64,000 bases of DNA from an uncultured delta proteobacterium. Lineage in GTDB: Bacteria; Myxococcota_A; Polyangia; Fen-1088. Each line of letters begins with the position of its first letter. The stretch's first letter is position 1. This document shows, piece after piece, positions 10,178-20,110 of this stretch. The position numbers were made by a program, and so were the translations under genes. Location: assembly GCA_963796685.1 (NCBI GenBank), contig CAWCMR010000025.1, forward strand, positions 1,216,001 through 1,280,000. The letters run 5' to 3'. A model generated the notes under the pieces. It was not told the origin of the DNA. It ran no database searches and saw only the letters and a list, made by a program, of their open reading frames with translations.

Positions 10178-10987
10178 TCAGCCTTGGCAACCCGGGAGGT
10201 TCGGCCACCCCGTGGCGGTTAGTACTAGGTCACCGATCCTCGTGAAACGCACGTTCACGGGTTGGCCTTGATCGATCCAAGGCGACAGTCGACGGAGGCA
10301 GGTGAAGCGAAGGTGTCCGGCCGCCGGGTCCACCTCGGAAAGCTCTATCTCCGTAGGTTCGATGAACTCCTTCACTAGTGGGTTGAGGCACTTGAAGATG
10401 CTCTCCTTGGCCGAGAAGAGCAGAGTGGTGCGCCAAGCGACGTCGCCTTTGTCTCTCCAGCCCTCGAATCGGCGCTCGCCAGAAGTGAGCGCCACGCTGT
10501 GCACAGCTTCGACGGCATCGTCATTGAGGAGGTGCTCGAGGTCGATTCCCAGGGAGTTGAAGTCACTGCTCCGGGCCACCACGGCCCAGGCGATGCCAGC
10601 CGCGTGCGAGAGAGAGCCGGCCCAGCCATCAGGCCAGATGGGGGCGCGCCCCTGGTTGGCGCCCACCTGATCCGAGCCAGCTCCTGCTTGCTGCAGTGCC
10701 AGTTGCGCGCAAGCCCGCCCCACGAGTAGGTCCTGGACGCGGGCACGAGCGCGAGCTTGGGTCAGCGGGTCCGGGACCGCCACATCGATCAGTCTGGTGG
10801 CGGGCAAGATGGTGCCCCCGTTGTCTACTTCGGTCCGAGCCGCAACCTGGATCACGCGGGCGTCAGTGATCAAAGGAAGGCGGGCCAAGGGTGTCACAAG
10901 CACGGGCCGCCACAGATCCTCGCTGGCCTCTTGCCCCGCCCGACGGACCAGCCAACGTTCAGCAGTTTCTCCGTTTTGATAGTCCAT
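10178..10987 (-). CDS. 4'-phosphopantetheinyl transferase (EntD-like)
   Basis: GRACAQLAL, APIWPDGWAGSLSH, LGIDLE and FSAKESIFKC motifs. Start uncertain. Confidence 0.88.
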   Translation of the reverse strand: MDYQNGETAERWLVRRAGQEASEDLWRPVLVTPLARLPLITDARVIQVAARTEVDNGGTILPATRLIDVAVPDPLTQARARARVQDLLVGRACAQLALQQAGAGSDQVGANQGRAPIWPDGWAGSLSHAAGIAWAVVARSSDFNSLGIDLEHLLNDDAVEAVHSVALTSGERRFEGWRDKGDVAWRTTLLFSAKESIFKCLNPLVKEFIEPTEIELSEVDPAAGHLRFTCLRRLSPWIDQGQPVNVRFTRIGDLVLTATGWPNLPGCQG

Positions 10988-11024
10988 GCTGTCCACGGTG
11001 GCGAGCTTTGCTGGAAAGCACAAT

Positions 11025-12530
11025 CTATCCCCCTCTCTTGCGCGCACCGACCCGGCTGGCTGCCTTGCGCGCGAGGCTGCGCGCGTCTCGGTCGAGCAGA
11101 ATGATCAACAGGCTGTAGAGGACAGCGCCCGTCCCCGTGCGCAGGCCGATGGTGGCGAAGTGATGCCCAGGGTAGAGGTTTCGCAGGGCCAGCCACATCA
11201 GCACCGAGGCGCCGCCCGCGCGCAGGATCGTCGCCCAGGGAATTTGTACTCGCAACAGGTGGCGCGCAATGACGGCAAGCGCCACAGCGTTGACTACATA
11301 GCTGACGAGAGTGGCGATAGCAGCGCCCAGAATCCCAATGCGAGGCACCAGCACGATGTTCAGCACGAGATTCAAGAGCGCGATGGAGACGACGATGCCC
11401 ATGATGGTGCGGGTTCGGCGATGGATGAACAGGCCGGCCCCTAGCATGCTGTTGGCGCCTTCCACGATCAGGCCAGCGATGACCCAGGGCAAAACGCCAG
11501 AGGCGCTCACGTACTTCTCCGAGGCCAACGCGGGCAAGAGCTCGGGCCCCACTGCTGTCAGACCGGCAATGACAGGCGCGGCCAGCAGCGTATATGTGCG
11601 CAGCGAGCGGCTGATGAAGTCGACAGTCTGGTCGTGGCCTTGCTGGTCCCACATCTGCATGTACAGCGGCTGGATGGCCTGGCAGACGGGAGAGACAACC
11701 ATCGACTGGACATAGAGGCACAGATTGTAGGCTGCGGCGTAGAGGCCCAACTCCGTCGCTCCGATGGTACCCTCGATGACGTAGCGATCCCCTACGGACA
11801 GGACGATGTTCGATAGCTCCTGGCCGATCATCATCGGAACGCCGAACTTCAAAAGCTCGAGGTAGAGGGGCCGTGAAAACTGCGCCGGTGAAGGTAGTGG
11901 GCGAAGGCCGCGCCGAAACATGACCAGCGCCAAGGTGCCGATCGCCAAGGCCTCTGTCATCGCTGTGGCGGTATAAAATGCCGTCAGGCTGCGCGCGATG
12001 GCCAACACTGCGACCAGGATCAAGCCGAGTCCGAGGCACTTCTTGAGCACCTGATAGATCATCAGTTGGGAGGTGCGCTGCTCGGCGCGCATGAAATTGA
12101 TCAGGGCGCTTTCGAGCACCTGCACGACAACGACGACCGACATGATCACCATCAACCCAGGTACCCGGGGGTCGCCCAGCCAACGCGCCGGAAGTAGATG
12201 GAATCCAACCGCCACCAAAAGCGCAACCGCCAGCCCAGTGCCCACCATACCAAGCAAGGTCGTTGCGCTGAGCTGGGCCAGCGAATAGCGACCCCGATCC
12301 GCCACGATCTCGCTGTGATAGCGGATGATGGAGTGCTGCACCCCGACCTTGCCCACAGCTGCGGCCACTGTGACTGTGGCACCGATCAGACTCATGACGC
12401 CATAGTCGGCCAACGAGAACAGCCGGGTGAGAAGCGGAAAGGTCACCAGACCGGCCACTGTCGCGATCAGGCTGATCACCGAGAAGTGCGACGTCTGGAC
12501 GGCCAGGCGCTTGAACGCGGAGCTCGCCAT
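11025..12530 (-). CDS. wzx: Wzx-type polysaccharide flippase
   Basis: Multi-TM protein with TFPLLTRLFSLADYG, DRYVI...LGLYAAAY and LNIVLVPRIGILGAAIAT. Confidence 0.88.
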   Translation of the reverse strand: MASSAFKRLAVQTSHFSVISLIATVAGLVTFPLLTRLFSLADYGVMSLIGATVTVAAAVGKVGVQHSIIRYHSEIVADRGRYSLAQLSATTLLGMVGTGLAVALLVAVGFHLLPARWLGDPRVPGLMVIMSVVVVVQVLESALINFMRAEQRTSQLMIYQVLKKCLGLGLILVAVLAIARSLTAFYTATAMTEALAIGTLALVMFRRGLRPLPSPAQFSRPLYLELLKFGVPMMIGQELSNIVLSVGDRYVIEGTIGATELGLYAAAYNLCLYVQSMVVSPVCQAIQPLYMQMWDQQGHDQTVDFISRSLRTYTLLAAPVIAGLTAVGPELLPALASEKYVSASGVLPWVIAGLIVEGANSMLGAGLFIHRRTRTIMGIVVSIALLNLVLNIVLVPRIGILGAAIATLVSYVVNAVALAVIARHLLRVQIPWATILRAGGASVLMWLALRNLYPGHHFATIGLRTGTGAVLYSLLIILLDRDARSLARKAASRVGARKRGG

Positions 12531-12849
12531 CTTTACTGTACCCAGCGGGGCTCTGCTACAGTCATGACGATTCGCCGGCGTGCGCAGGGCAGATCGCGTA
12601 CCAGGGCGGCAAGTGCGGCGCTCGAGTGGGAAGCGCAGCGCCAAAGGAGAGCGGACGTCGTCGGCCTAAGGGCGCGTTGAGGACTCCTACCAGTGATTAA
12701 GCTGCCCTCGGGTGCTGGGGGGACTGAAAGCATGTCTATCTATTGGATCCCGGTTTTTGCTCAATGTCAATCGCATGTGCTAGGCGTCAATGCGATTGAC
12801 GCCTGGCGCTCAGTCGCAGTGTCCGGAATCCGGACTAGTTGGTATGATT

Positions 12850-13785
12850 TCAATACGCGCCAGGCGGCGGTTCGACCTTGCGCCGGCGATAGCGCGCTCC
12901 GCCAATCACATGTCCCAACGGTGCCTTGAGCGCATCCATCCATGGCGAGATACCTGGCAGTCTCGGCGAGACACCGAAGCGTCGGAGGACCTCGTTGAAC
13001 TGGTGCACTTGAGCGTGCCTGCGCGTGAGATGCGTGTAGAAGGTCACGCCAATCGACATCGAAACACCGTCACCAGGCTTGGTCCAGCTTCGATCGGCAC
13101 GCGTCATGTGTGGCGTGGTGCTGGGGAAATAGATGCCGTCGCCCGGGCCAACATCGAACTCCTTGCTGCGGGGTGTAAACTCTTCCTTCAGACGAATTCG
13201 AGCGAGTGAGCGATGGATGATGAAGTCCTCGATATCTCTTGCGGGCACCACGAGACGGTCGGTGTGGTCCCACACGTTGATCGTCTTTCGGCCATGGATT
13301 TGCATCCAGAAGTTATTTTCGCGATCGATGTGAAAGGGTGTGACCGAGGGCGGGGCCGAGATGAAGATGAACCCGTTGATGAAGAAGATGGAAGACTGTT
13401 CACGCTCGACATAGGGCCGAACTGTTTCAATCACCTCGGTCAGGAGCGCCTGATACCGCGGAACCCTCTCGACATTGTAGAGGGCGATCCACGAACCCGG
13501 CTCCTCAATCCGACGGAAGACTTCCTCGATGGTCCTGCCGTCGGGGCTCGTGGGGTCATGCTGAAAATTTGAGCCCTGCGTCGTTCCGGGCCGAATGAAC
13601 CGGCAGCCATCCATCGGCATCATTTCCTTTGCAAGCACTTCGACCTGTGAGAGCTGGAACAGCGGGTGGTCGCTGTAGTTGTGATGAAGTCTGCCGATCT
13701 TAAGCGTGGAGAAAGTCGAGGCGTCTTCTACCTGCACTCGATAGCGCCCTTGGGATGGCGCTACGTCCATGGGTGCGTTCTGCAT
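12850..13785 (-). CDS. Cupin-like / JmjC-type protein (putative Fe/2-oxoglutarate enzyme)
   Basis: SVTPFHIDRENNF (HxD), QIHGRK, PGDGIYFPSTTPH (distal His). Confidence 0.8.
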   Translation of the reverse strand: MQNAPMDVAPSQGRYRVQVEDASTFSTLKIGRLHHNYSDHPLFQLSQVEVLAKEMMPMDGCRFIRPGTTQGSNFQHDPTSPDGRTIEEVFRRIEEPGSWIALYNVERVPRYQALLTEVIETVRPYVEREQSSIFFINGFIFISAPPSVTPFHIDRENNFWMQIHGRKTINVWDHTDRLVVPARDIEDFIIHRSLARIRLKEEFTPRSKEFDVGPGDGIYFPSTTPHMTRADRSWTKPGDGVSMSIGVTFYTHLTRRHAQVHQFNEVLRRFGVSPRLPGISPWMDALKAPLGHVIGGARYRRRKVEPPPGAY

Positions 13786-14083
13786 GGTCTCCTCTTGGTT
13801 CTGATCGGGCGGTTGTTGGTTAAATTCGTCACGGTCAGGATATCAGCCTGTGGCGCGGACGGGACCTGGAGATCCCTAGCAAGGTATCCTCGATCCGAAA
13901 GCGGATATTTTGACTCCTATATCATGACTATCAAAGAGAAATTCGACACGTCTCAGAGTGCGACTTCGACAAGATTTGGGAGAATTCCGTCTTGCAACAC
14001 GACCGACTCACCCTTGTAGACCGTTGCATAGACCGCCAACGCGTGCGACTCCACGGCAGGGTTCGGCATCCTAATGGGAAATT

Positions 14084-14929
14084 ATGTCCATGAGCACAGC
14101 CGTCCGAGGGGTTAAAGGCAGGTTATTGCGAACGCCACTTCTTAACACGGCGCTGCGCCTTATGGCTGCGACGTTCGCGAGCCAGCGGTTTCTGCGCGCC
14201 GGGCACGCCTTTCGCGGCGTGTACCCGACCTTCGATGCCGCGCGGCTGGCGCTGCCTCCAGATCGGGCCCAGGGGTATGACAACTCGGCGGCCGCGAGCT
14301 ACTACCGCGACCGGCTAGAGCGTGTCTATCCCGGAGACTATCCCGTGCTATTTTGGCTTTCCCGATGCCTGCCACTGACGCGCGTGTTCGACCTCGGCGG
14401 GCATGTTGGTATCGCCTTCCGCGCCTACCGTCGCTACCTGCCCGTCGAGTCCACGGCGGAGTGGCTGGTCTGTGACGTCCCGGCTGTTTGTGACGCTGGG
14501 CGGGAGCTGGCCAAAGAATGGCAGACTCCCAATCTCAACTTCACGAGTGATCGAGTCGCTGGAAGTGGGTCGGAGCTTCTCTTTGCGTCCGGTTCACTTC
14601 AGTACCTCGAAGTCGGCCTTCCCGAAGTCCTCTCCAGCTACTCGGCACGGCCACGCCATGTCCTCCTCAACCTGCTGCCAGTAAGTGAGCTCCCCACCTA
14701 CTACACCACCCAGACCATCGGCGTCGCTTTCTGTCCCTACCGAATACAGTCTGGTCCGGATCTCCTCGCAGACATGGCGTCGCTCGGTTACGAGCTCGTA
14801 GACCGCTGGAAAAACGTGGAGAAGCGCTGTTGGATCCCGCTCTATCCCGAGCACAGCTTGGAGCACTACGAAGGGTTCTATTTTCGGCTGACGGAAGCGA
14901 GCAAGAGCGCGCACGTTGCTATCCGATGA
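14084..14929 (+). CDS. Putative methyltransferase, TIGR04325-like family
   Basis: FRGVYPTFDAA, DYPVLFWL, VFDLGGHVG, LFASGSLQY. Confidence 0.75.
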   Translation: MSMSTAVRGVKGRLLRTPLLNTALRLMAATFASQRFLRAGHAFRGVYPTFDAARLALPPDRAQGYDNSAAASYYRDRLERVYPGDYPVLFWLSRCLPLTRVFDLGGHVGIAFRAYRRYLPVESTAEWLVCDVPAVCDAGRELAKEWQTPNLNFTSDRVAGSGSELLFASGSLQYLEVGLPEVLSSYSARPRHVLLNLLPVSELPTYYTTQTIGVAFCPYRIQSGPDLLADMASLGYELVDRWKNVEKRCWIPLYPEHSLEHYEGFYFRLTEASKSAHVAIR

Positions 14930-15075
14930 CCGAGCCCCGTCTAGCGGACTGGAACCGAATGGTGCAGTCTAGTTCGCGAAGTGTTCCTCGTGGTCGTGGA
15001 CGCCGCGCAAGAAGTCGAGCGACCATCTAAGACTGTGTGTGTCATGGATTGCGCTTTTCGATTGCTGTTGTGCCC

Positions 15076-16545
15076 TTGCGGGTTCACGATCTCGTCATCT
15101 TGTCTCGAGGTCTTGATTGCACCGGTTTGGCGTTAATGCTCTTCGCCGTCCTTCTCGTCGGAAACTGCCGGAGTAGCACCCAGATCTCGAAATCCATGAG
15201 CCCACCAGATGGAAGCGGTTGGATGGGGACAGGCGCGCAAGCCACAGGAATCTCGTCGCCAACGGGTGGAAGCGCGACAAGCACCTCGGAGGGCGGCACT
15301 GGTGGCACGGCCGTTTCAGGGGCGGGAGGCGGCCCGGGGACAGACGCGGCCAGCGCGCAAGGCACAGGAGGCTTGTCGGCAATGGGTGGTAGCATGACAA
15401 GCACCACACGCCCACCGAATGGAAGCGGTGGCTCGGGGACAGACGCGGCCAGCGCGCAAGGCACTGGAGGCTTGTCGTCAACGGGTGGCAGGGTGACAAG
15501 CACCACACGCCCACCGAATGGAAGTGGCGGGGCGGGGACAGGCACGGCCGGCGCGCAAGGCACTGGAGGCTTGTCGTCAACGGGTGGAAGCATGACAAGC
15601 ACCTCACGCCCACCGAATGGAAGCGGCGGGGTGGGGACAGGCACGGCCGGCACGCAAGGCACTGGGGGCTTGTCTTCAGCGGGTGGCAGCGTGACAAGCA
15701 CCTCGAGGGTCGGCGCTGGTGGCGCCGCCGGATCAGCGGCTGGCGGTACTTCCGGAGGATCCGGCGGAACCATGCTGGGCTGCTCAATGACGGGACAAGC
15801 CACGGGCGATCTTCATTTCTCGACCAAGGACGGACGCGGCAAGGCGCGCGACTACGAAGTTCTCGTGCCTGCGACCTATGCGCCCGGTGTCCCGCTCGCC
15901 GTCACGTTCCATTTCCATGGCGCGGGCGGGACCGCGTCGGGGGCTAAGAACGACGGGCTGCAAGACGCGACCGGCGCTTCCGCCAGCTCGATCTTCGTGT
16001 TCCCACAGGGCGTTCAATTCGGCAGCTACGGCGTTGGCTGGGACGACTCCTGCTCTGGCTATGACGTCGTGTTCTTCGACAACATGGTGGCGGATCTGCA
16101 GGGCAAGTACTGTGTCGATCCTAACCGACTCTACGTGTCTGGATTTTCATGGGGCTGCGATTTCGTGACGGCCTTGGTGTGTTGTCGCGGCAACCGGCTG
16201 CGCGGAGTCGCGGCCGCGTCGTGCAGCGACGAATTCAGCGACTCTGCCAACTACCAAACCTATGCGAACTATCCTTGCCCAGCTGCCAGTGCCGCCGCGA
16301 TTCGTTTCACGCACGACGTGAATAGCGATGGCGCGTATACCGCCCAGCAATTCGCGTCGACGAGTCAGCTCTACCGATCGCTCAACTCCTGCTCGGCGAC
16401 ATCATCGCCCACAGCACCTTCGCCCTGCGTCTCCTATCAAAGCTGCAAGAATCCCGTGGTTGAATGCGGGTACTCCGGAATTGGGCATGCCTTGCCTTCC
16501 AATTGGGCCAGCGATACCTGGAGTTTTTTGAGCCAACTTCGCTGA
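15076..16545 (+). CDS. Secreted/lipoprotein esterase (LpqP/PHB-depolymerase/feruloyl-esterase-like), paralog 1, long Gly/Ser/Thr linker
   Basis: Hydrophobic leader ending LVGNC, FHGAGG, FVFPQG, GFSWG nucleophile elbow, GIGHALP. Start inferred by alignment with the paralog at 40698. Confidence 0.8.
   Translation: MRVHDLVILSRGLDCTGLALMLFAVLLVGNCRSSTQISKSMSPPDGSGWMGTGAQATGISSPTGGSATSTSEGGTGGTAVSGAGGGPGTDAASAQGTGGLSAMGGSMTSTTRPPNGSGGSGTDAASAQGTGGLSSTGGRVTSTTRPPNGSGGAGTGTAGAQGTGGLSSTGGSMTSTSRPPNGSGGVGTGTAGTQGTGGLSSAGGSVTSTSRVGAGGAAGSAAGGTSGGSGGTMLGCSMTGQATGDLHFSTKDGRGKARDYEVLVPATYAPGVPLAVTFHFHGAGGTASGAKNDGLQDATGASASSIFVFPQGVQFGSYGVGWDDSCSGYDVVFFDNMVADLQGKYCVDPNRLYVSGFSWGCDFVTALVCCRGNRLRGVAAASCSDEFSDSANYQTYANYPCPAASAAAIRFTHDVNSDGAYTAQQFASTSQLYRSLNSCSATSSPTAPSPCVSYQSCKNPVVECGYSGIGHALPSNWASDTWSFLSQLR
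15336..15706 (+). repeat. Coding tandem repeat, 99-bp (33-aa) unit, about 3.7 copies
   Basis: GTxxAxAQGTGGLSxxGGxxTSTxRPPNGSGGx repeated. The paralog at 40698 has only one such unit. Confidence 0.85.
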
Positions 16546-16750
16546 ACGCCGCTCAACCGCGTGGCAGGCGTGCGAAACGCCTTGGGATCCACGCATTCGG
16601 AGGGCATCAGGACGCCGACAATTTCGAGATGGTCAGCGTCGTCCCGCAGTGGGACGGCATCAGGTCCGCAATTGCAGAACTCAAGTGTCACCAGACTGTG
16701 ACGGCGCTAACGGCCCCATCAGGCGGACTGTCTCACCTGGCGCGTTATCC

Positions 16751-17637
16751 TCAGTACCACAGGAGCCGTTGCTCCTCGCTGCGGCCCTGGGCGAGGCTGC
16801 GTACGCGTCGCGCTGCGGCCAGTGTGCGTACCTTCACAGAGTCACGCAGCCGACTTTCGCCCACCGGAGTTGGCGACAGCCCGAGCTTACGCATGACGTG
16901 GTTGACCCGGTAGGCCTCTACTTGATCGTACGAACTCCGTGTGTTCATCAGGATGCTGAAGGTGACCGGGATATCGCTCCCGGTCGACACCGCGTGCGGT
17001 GACCCCATCGGCATGTAGACGCAGTCCCCCGACGCCAGCTCGATGACCTTTGCCTTGGCCTGCATAGCCTCCTGATAGACCACGTTGCGGAGCCCGCCTT
17101 CGCGATAGAAGACCTCGAGAGCGGGCTCGCTGACCACGCTCCTATCGCGGTGGTCCCATACGTAGAACGACTTCTTGCCGCGAATGTGGCAGAGGAAGTT
17201 CTGCTCGTGATCGAGGTGAAAGGGCGTTACGGAACCAGGTGATGCCAGGAATGCGGCTGCGTCACGGTTGAGGAGCTGGCGGTCGCGAGCAAGAACGCCG
17301 ACACCTCGTTGAACACGTCATCGAGCAGCGCGCGATATGCCGGATCACTGCGCACGTTGATAATCTGTACAAAGGCCTTCGCCTTGTGCAGATTGTCAAT
17401 CGCCTTGCCAAGGCCCTGTCGGGTTGGGTCGGTGCGCATCAGCGTGCCCATGGCGGTACCAATGCTGCGTTCGCCATCGTGAAATTTCACGTAGTCGGGA
17501 TCGATCCGCAACGCGAACTCAGACAGGCTCTGCGTCGTCATGAGCGGATGACTCGTAAGGTGATGACGGAGACGCGTTAACTGGAACTGATCGAATGAAC
17601 TGTCGATATCGATGAAGCTCAGCGTTGTAGTCGGCAC
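16751..17637 (-). pseudogene. Second cupin/JmjC-like gene, frameshifted near 17290
   Basis: N-part (LRHHLTSHPL...VRSDPAYRALLDDV) continues in another frame as RDRQLLNRDAAAFLASPGSVTPFHLDHEQNF..HIRGKK..GSPHAV. Paralog of 12850..13785. ISL3 sits about 30 bp upstream. Confidence 0.75.
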
Positions 17638-17669
17638 GCTCTGATTGGATGCTGGGAGTGGAAAAACGT

Positions 17670-18993
17670 GGCTCCTCGCTATTTGGAATGGATTGAATTG
17701 GGAAATGCACAGGGAAGTCTGAAGTCCAGTTTTGACAGCAGCAGATAAATCACAGTCTTCATTTTGCGCGCGGAGCGAAAGCCACGCGCCCGCGCCTTGG
17801 CCGCCTGGATGAGGCTGTTGAGTCCTTCCAAGAGACCATTCGTCAGGCCTGACATGAACCATCTCATCACGCCTGCCTGGTGCGCCTTGAGGGTCTTGGC
17901 GGCCCTGATGACGGGTTCCAATCGGCTATGGGTGGCCCAGAAATACCAGCGCTGAAACCACGCCTCCGCTTCATCCGCACTCAGGCTATACAACTCCTGT
18001 AGCATGAGCTTGATGTGGTAGGCCCGCGCAGTGGCCAATTTGGAGGAGCGCAAGACCGCGAAGTGCTCCCTGTTCTCGGATTTGATGTTGGCCTCGTTCC
18101 TCAGCCAGTCGTGGCGCGTGCCCTTCAACTCCGGAGAGGACTTCTGCTCCTGCCTTCGCACCTCATCGATTGCGTCGTTCATGAGTTGGATGACATGGAA
18201 CCTGTCGAAGGTTAGGTGCGCCGCCGGAAACGTCTCCAAGATGCCCTTGATGAATGCCTGCGACATGTCGAGACTGAAGTCCGTCACCTTCTTCACGTCT
18301 CCACCGTGAGCGAGCAGATCGTCCTTGAAACAAGCCACCGTGCCGTGATCTTTCCCCTCCGTGACGAACAAGACTTTCGCCGCAACCATGTCGGCAAAGA
18401 CCGTGACATAGACGTGGTTCTTCTGCCGCGAAGTCTCGTCGACGCCAACCTCGGCGACCTGGCTGTAGTCGGCTCGCTCACGGGCCTCGTCCACGTAGTG
18501 TTCCAGGATGCGCCACAGGAGCGTGTCATGCTCGCCGACGATGCGACCGACCGCCGCCACCGTGAGGCCGTTGCGTGCCAGTTCCACCACCATCGCCTCG
18601 AAGAGAAGGGTGAAGTTCGACCCGCCACGAGCCCATGGCACATCGACCGTCAAGACGCCGTGCTTGTCACACTTGGTTCGAGGTTGTCTTGCCTCGACAT
18701 AGGTGAGGTACTGGAAGAAGTTCAGGTGTCGCCATGTCTGCGGCGAGGCATCGTGTACCTTGCAAGCATCGCCACACGTAGGGCAAGGGAAGGTGCTCCC
18801 CGGCTTGAAGTCGACTTTGATGTCGAGGCGCTTCTTCTCGGCGTCAAGGTTCAGCTCTACGACCTCCCATGGATTGACCATGCCGAGAGCCACTGTAAAA
18901 AGCGCATTGACGTCAAGACCAGAACTTGGATTTTGCACCACGGAAGATTAGCGGAACAACCAACCTCGCGTCCATTTTAGACAGCGAGGAGCC
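17670..18993 (-). mobile_element. ISL3-family insertion sequence, complete
   Basis: IRs GGCTCCTCGCTATTTGGAATGGA / GGCTCCTCGCTGTCTAAAATGGA. 8-bp target duplication AAAAACGT at 17662-17669 and 18994-19001. Confidence 0.95.
17679..18941 (-). CDS. ISL3-family transposase
   Basis: CPTCG zinc finger, WRHLNFF, GVDETS, DMSQAF, FDRFHV, TNGLLEGLNS, ARGFRS. Confidence 0.95.
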   Translation of the reverse strand: MVQNPSSGLDVNALFTVALGMVNPWEVVELNLDAEKKRLDIKVDFKPGSTFPCPTCGDACKVHDASPQTWRHLNFFQYLTYVEARQPRTKCDKHGVLTVDVPWARGGSNFTLLFEAMVVELARNGLTVAAVGRIVGEHDTLLWRILEHYVDEARERADYSQVAEVGVDETSRQKNHVYVTVFADMVAAKVLFVTEGKDHGTVACFKDDLLAHGGDVKKVTDFSLDMSQAFIKGILETFPAAHLTFDRFHVIQLMNDAIDEVRRQEQKSSPELKGTRHDWLRNEANIKSENREHFAVLRSSKLATARAYHIKLMLQELYSLSADEAEAWFQRWYFWATHSRLEPVIRAAKTLKAHQAGVMRWFMSGLTNGLLEGLNSLIQAAKARARGFRSARKMKTVIYLLLSKLDFRLPCAFPNSIHSK

Positions 18994-19196
18994 AAAAACG
19001 TCACCACCGAAATTCGACCCGCTTGGCCAGTTACGAGATTCTTCTCGACCGACCGCTCTTGCCGCGCGAATAGAGATGCTACGAATAATCTTCATAGGCC
19101 CCTCCGCTTTGCGAGCAAGGTTCACCGCAGGGCGCAAGGCCAATCGCCCCACAGTGTTGGCTAGTTTGGTCGGCTCCTCGCGCGAAGGCATAGGCC

Positions 19197-19374
19197 CATA
19201 ATCCCGCGACAAGCGCAGCGACGTCGCGGGGCGCCTGGCTGAAGGCCCCCTTCCAAGGCCAAGTTTCTGGCCTGGCAGGGCGACGAAGGGTCGTCGTGGT
19301 CGTAGACGTCCCCGTGCCCGTAGGCGTCCGCGCCGACGTGGCCGGACATTTTGGACGCTCCGGCCATTGGAAAT
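19197..19374 (-). repeat. Dispersed repeat, part B (inverted homolog of about 52796-52962)
   Basis: Reverse complement TTTCCAATGGCCGGAGCGTCCAAAATGTCCGGCCACG...GCGACGTCGCTGCGCTTGTCGCGGGATTA aligns with 52797-52960. Confidence 0.85.
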
Positions 19375-19450
19375 CAGCCTGCCGCTAGCGGGAAGCTGAC
19401 CAGGGGCATAGGAGCGCCTTGCGACCTGCTAGCAGGGATGATGTTCGCGT

Positions 19451-19720
19451 TCAGGTCGCGCAGGTGGCGCGCAAGCGCGCCCGGCCGAGCAGCAAGTCGG
19501 CGCGTTCGAGAAGGCACTTTGCGACGCGGGCCAAGAGCTTGCGCGCGTGGCAAACCAGGCGGGCCGGGAGATTGAAGACGGCGAAACGCAAGCGCTTGGG
19601 TCGCGCGTCTTCGAAAGGCGGCGGAAGTGCGAGTACCTTCATGGCGGACAGCAGGTTGTAGGTCAGAAGGCACAGCCTGAACCAAGCGGCGTTGGCGCCG
19701 AAGGCTGCACAGGGCAACAC
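19451..19720 (-). pseudogene. IS1380-family transposase C-terminal remnant
   Basis: LPCAAFGANAAWFRLCLLTYNLL...PKRLRFAVFNLPARLVCHAR, typical IS1380 C-terminus. N-terminus missing. Confidence 0.75.
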
Positions 19721-19721
19721 G

Positions 19722-19954
19722 GGCGCATTCCAAGGCCGAACCCCGGGCAATGGCGTAGAACCGCCGTGCTTCGCGGTCCTCCATCGTGCCCTTGCCGCTC
19801 CTTCGGCGATGTTGAGCGGAACCGAGAGCGCGGCCCGACGAAGCTGGTCAGCCAGAGCGCTGTGGCCGCAGGGAACCTGCTCGGCCAGCGTCGAAGCCAC
19901 ACCCAAGAACGTCACCGCGCAACGATACACATCGAGTTTCTGAAAGCCGAACAT
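19722..19954 (-). pseudogene. Four-helix-bundle protein (TIGR02436 / IVP-like), frameshifted and truncated
   Basis: FQKLDVY...LADQLRRAALSVPLNIAEG, then a 1-nt deletion, then SGKG...RFYAIARGSALECA fused to the IS1380 remnant. Confidence 0.85.
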
Positions 19955-20020
19955 GCATGACTATCGGCAACGCGACAGAAAAGTTGCTCGGCCACGGCCA
20001 CGGCCACGGCATCCATCTTC

Positions 20021-20081
20021 ACCCAATGGGTGACGGCTTTGTCGCACCAAAGGTCAAGCACCACGGCTGGTTAGCCCCTGA
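20021..20081 (-). repeat. Dispersed repeat, part A (inverted homolog of about 52742-52795)
   Basis: GGGTGACGGCTTTGTCGCACCAAAG.TCAAGCACCACGG matches the reverse complement of 52757-52795. Confidence 0.8.
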
Positions 20082-20107
20082 TCCCGCGCCTTGGCGCGGG
20101 ATCAGGG
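20076..20107. repeat. Perfect palindrome (15-bp stem, 2-nt loop) abutting ISAzo13
   Basis: CCCTGATCCCGCGCC-TT-GGCGCGGGATCAGGG. Confidence 0.85.
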
Positions 20108-20110
20108 TTA

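Noticed and set aside
19451-19954. Novel 167-aa fusion protein
   Set aside because: Chance in-frame join of a frameshifted four-helix-bundle remnant and an IS1380 fragment.
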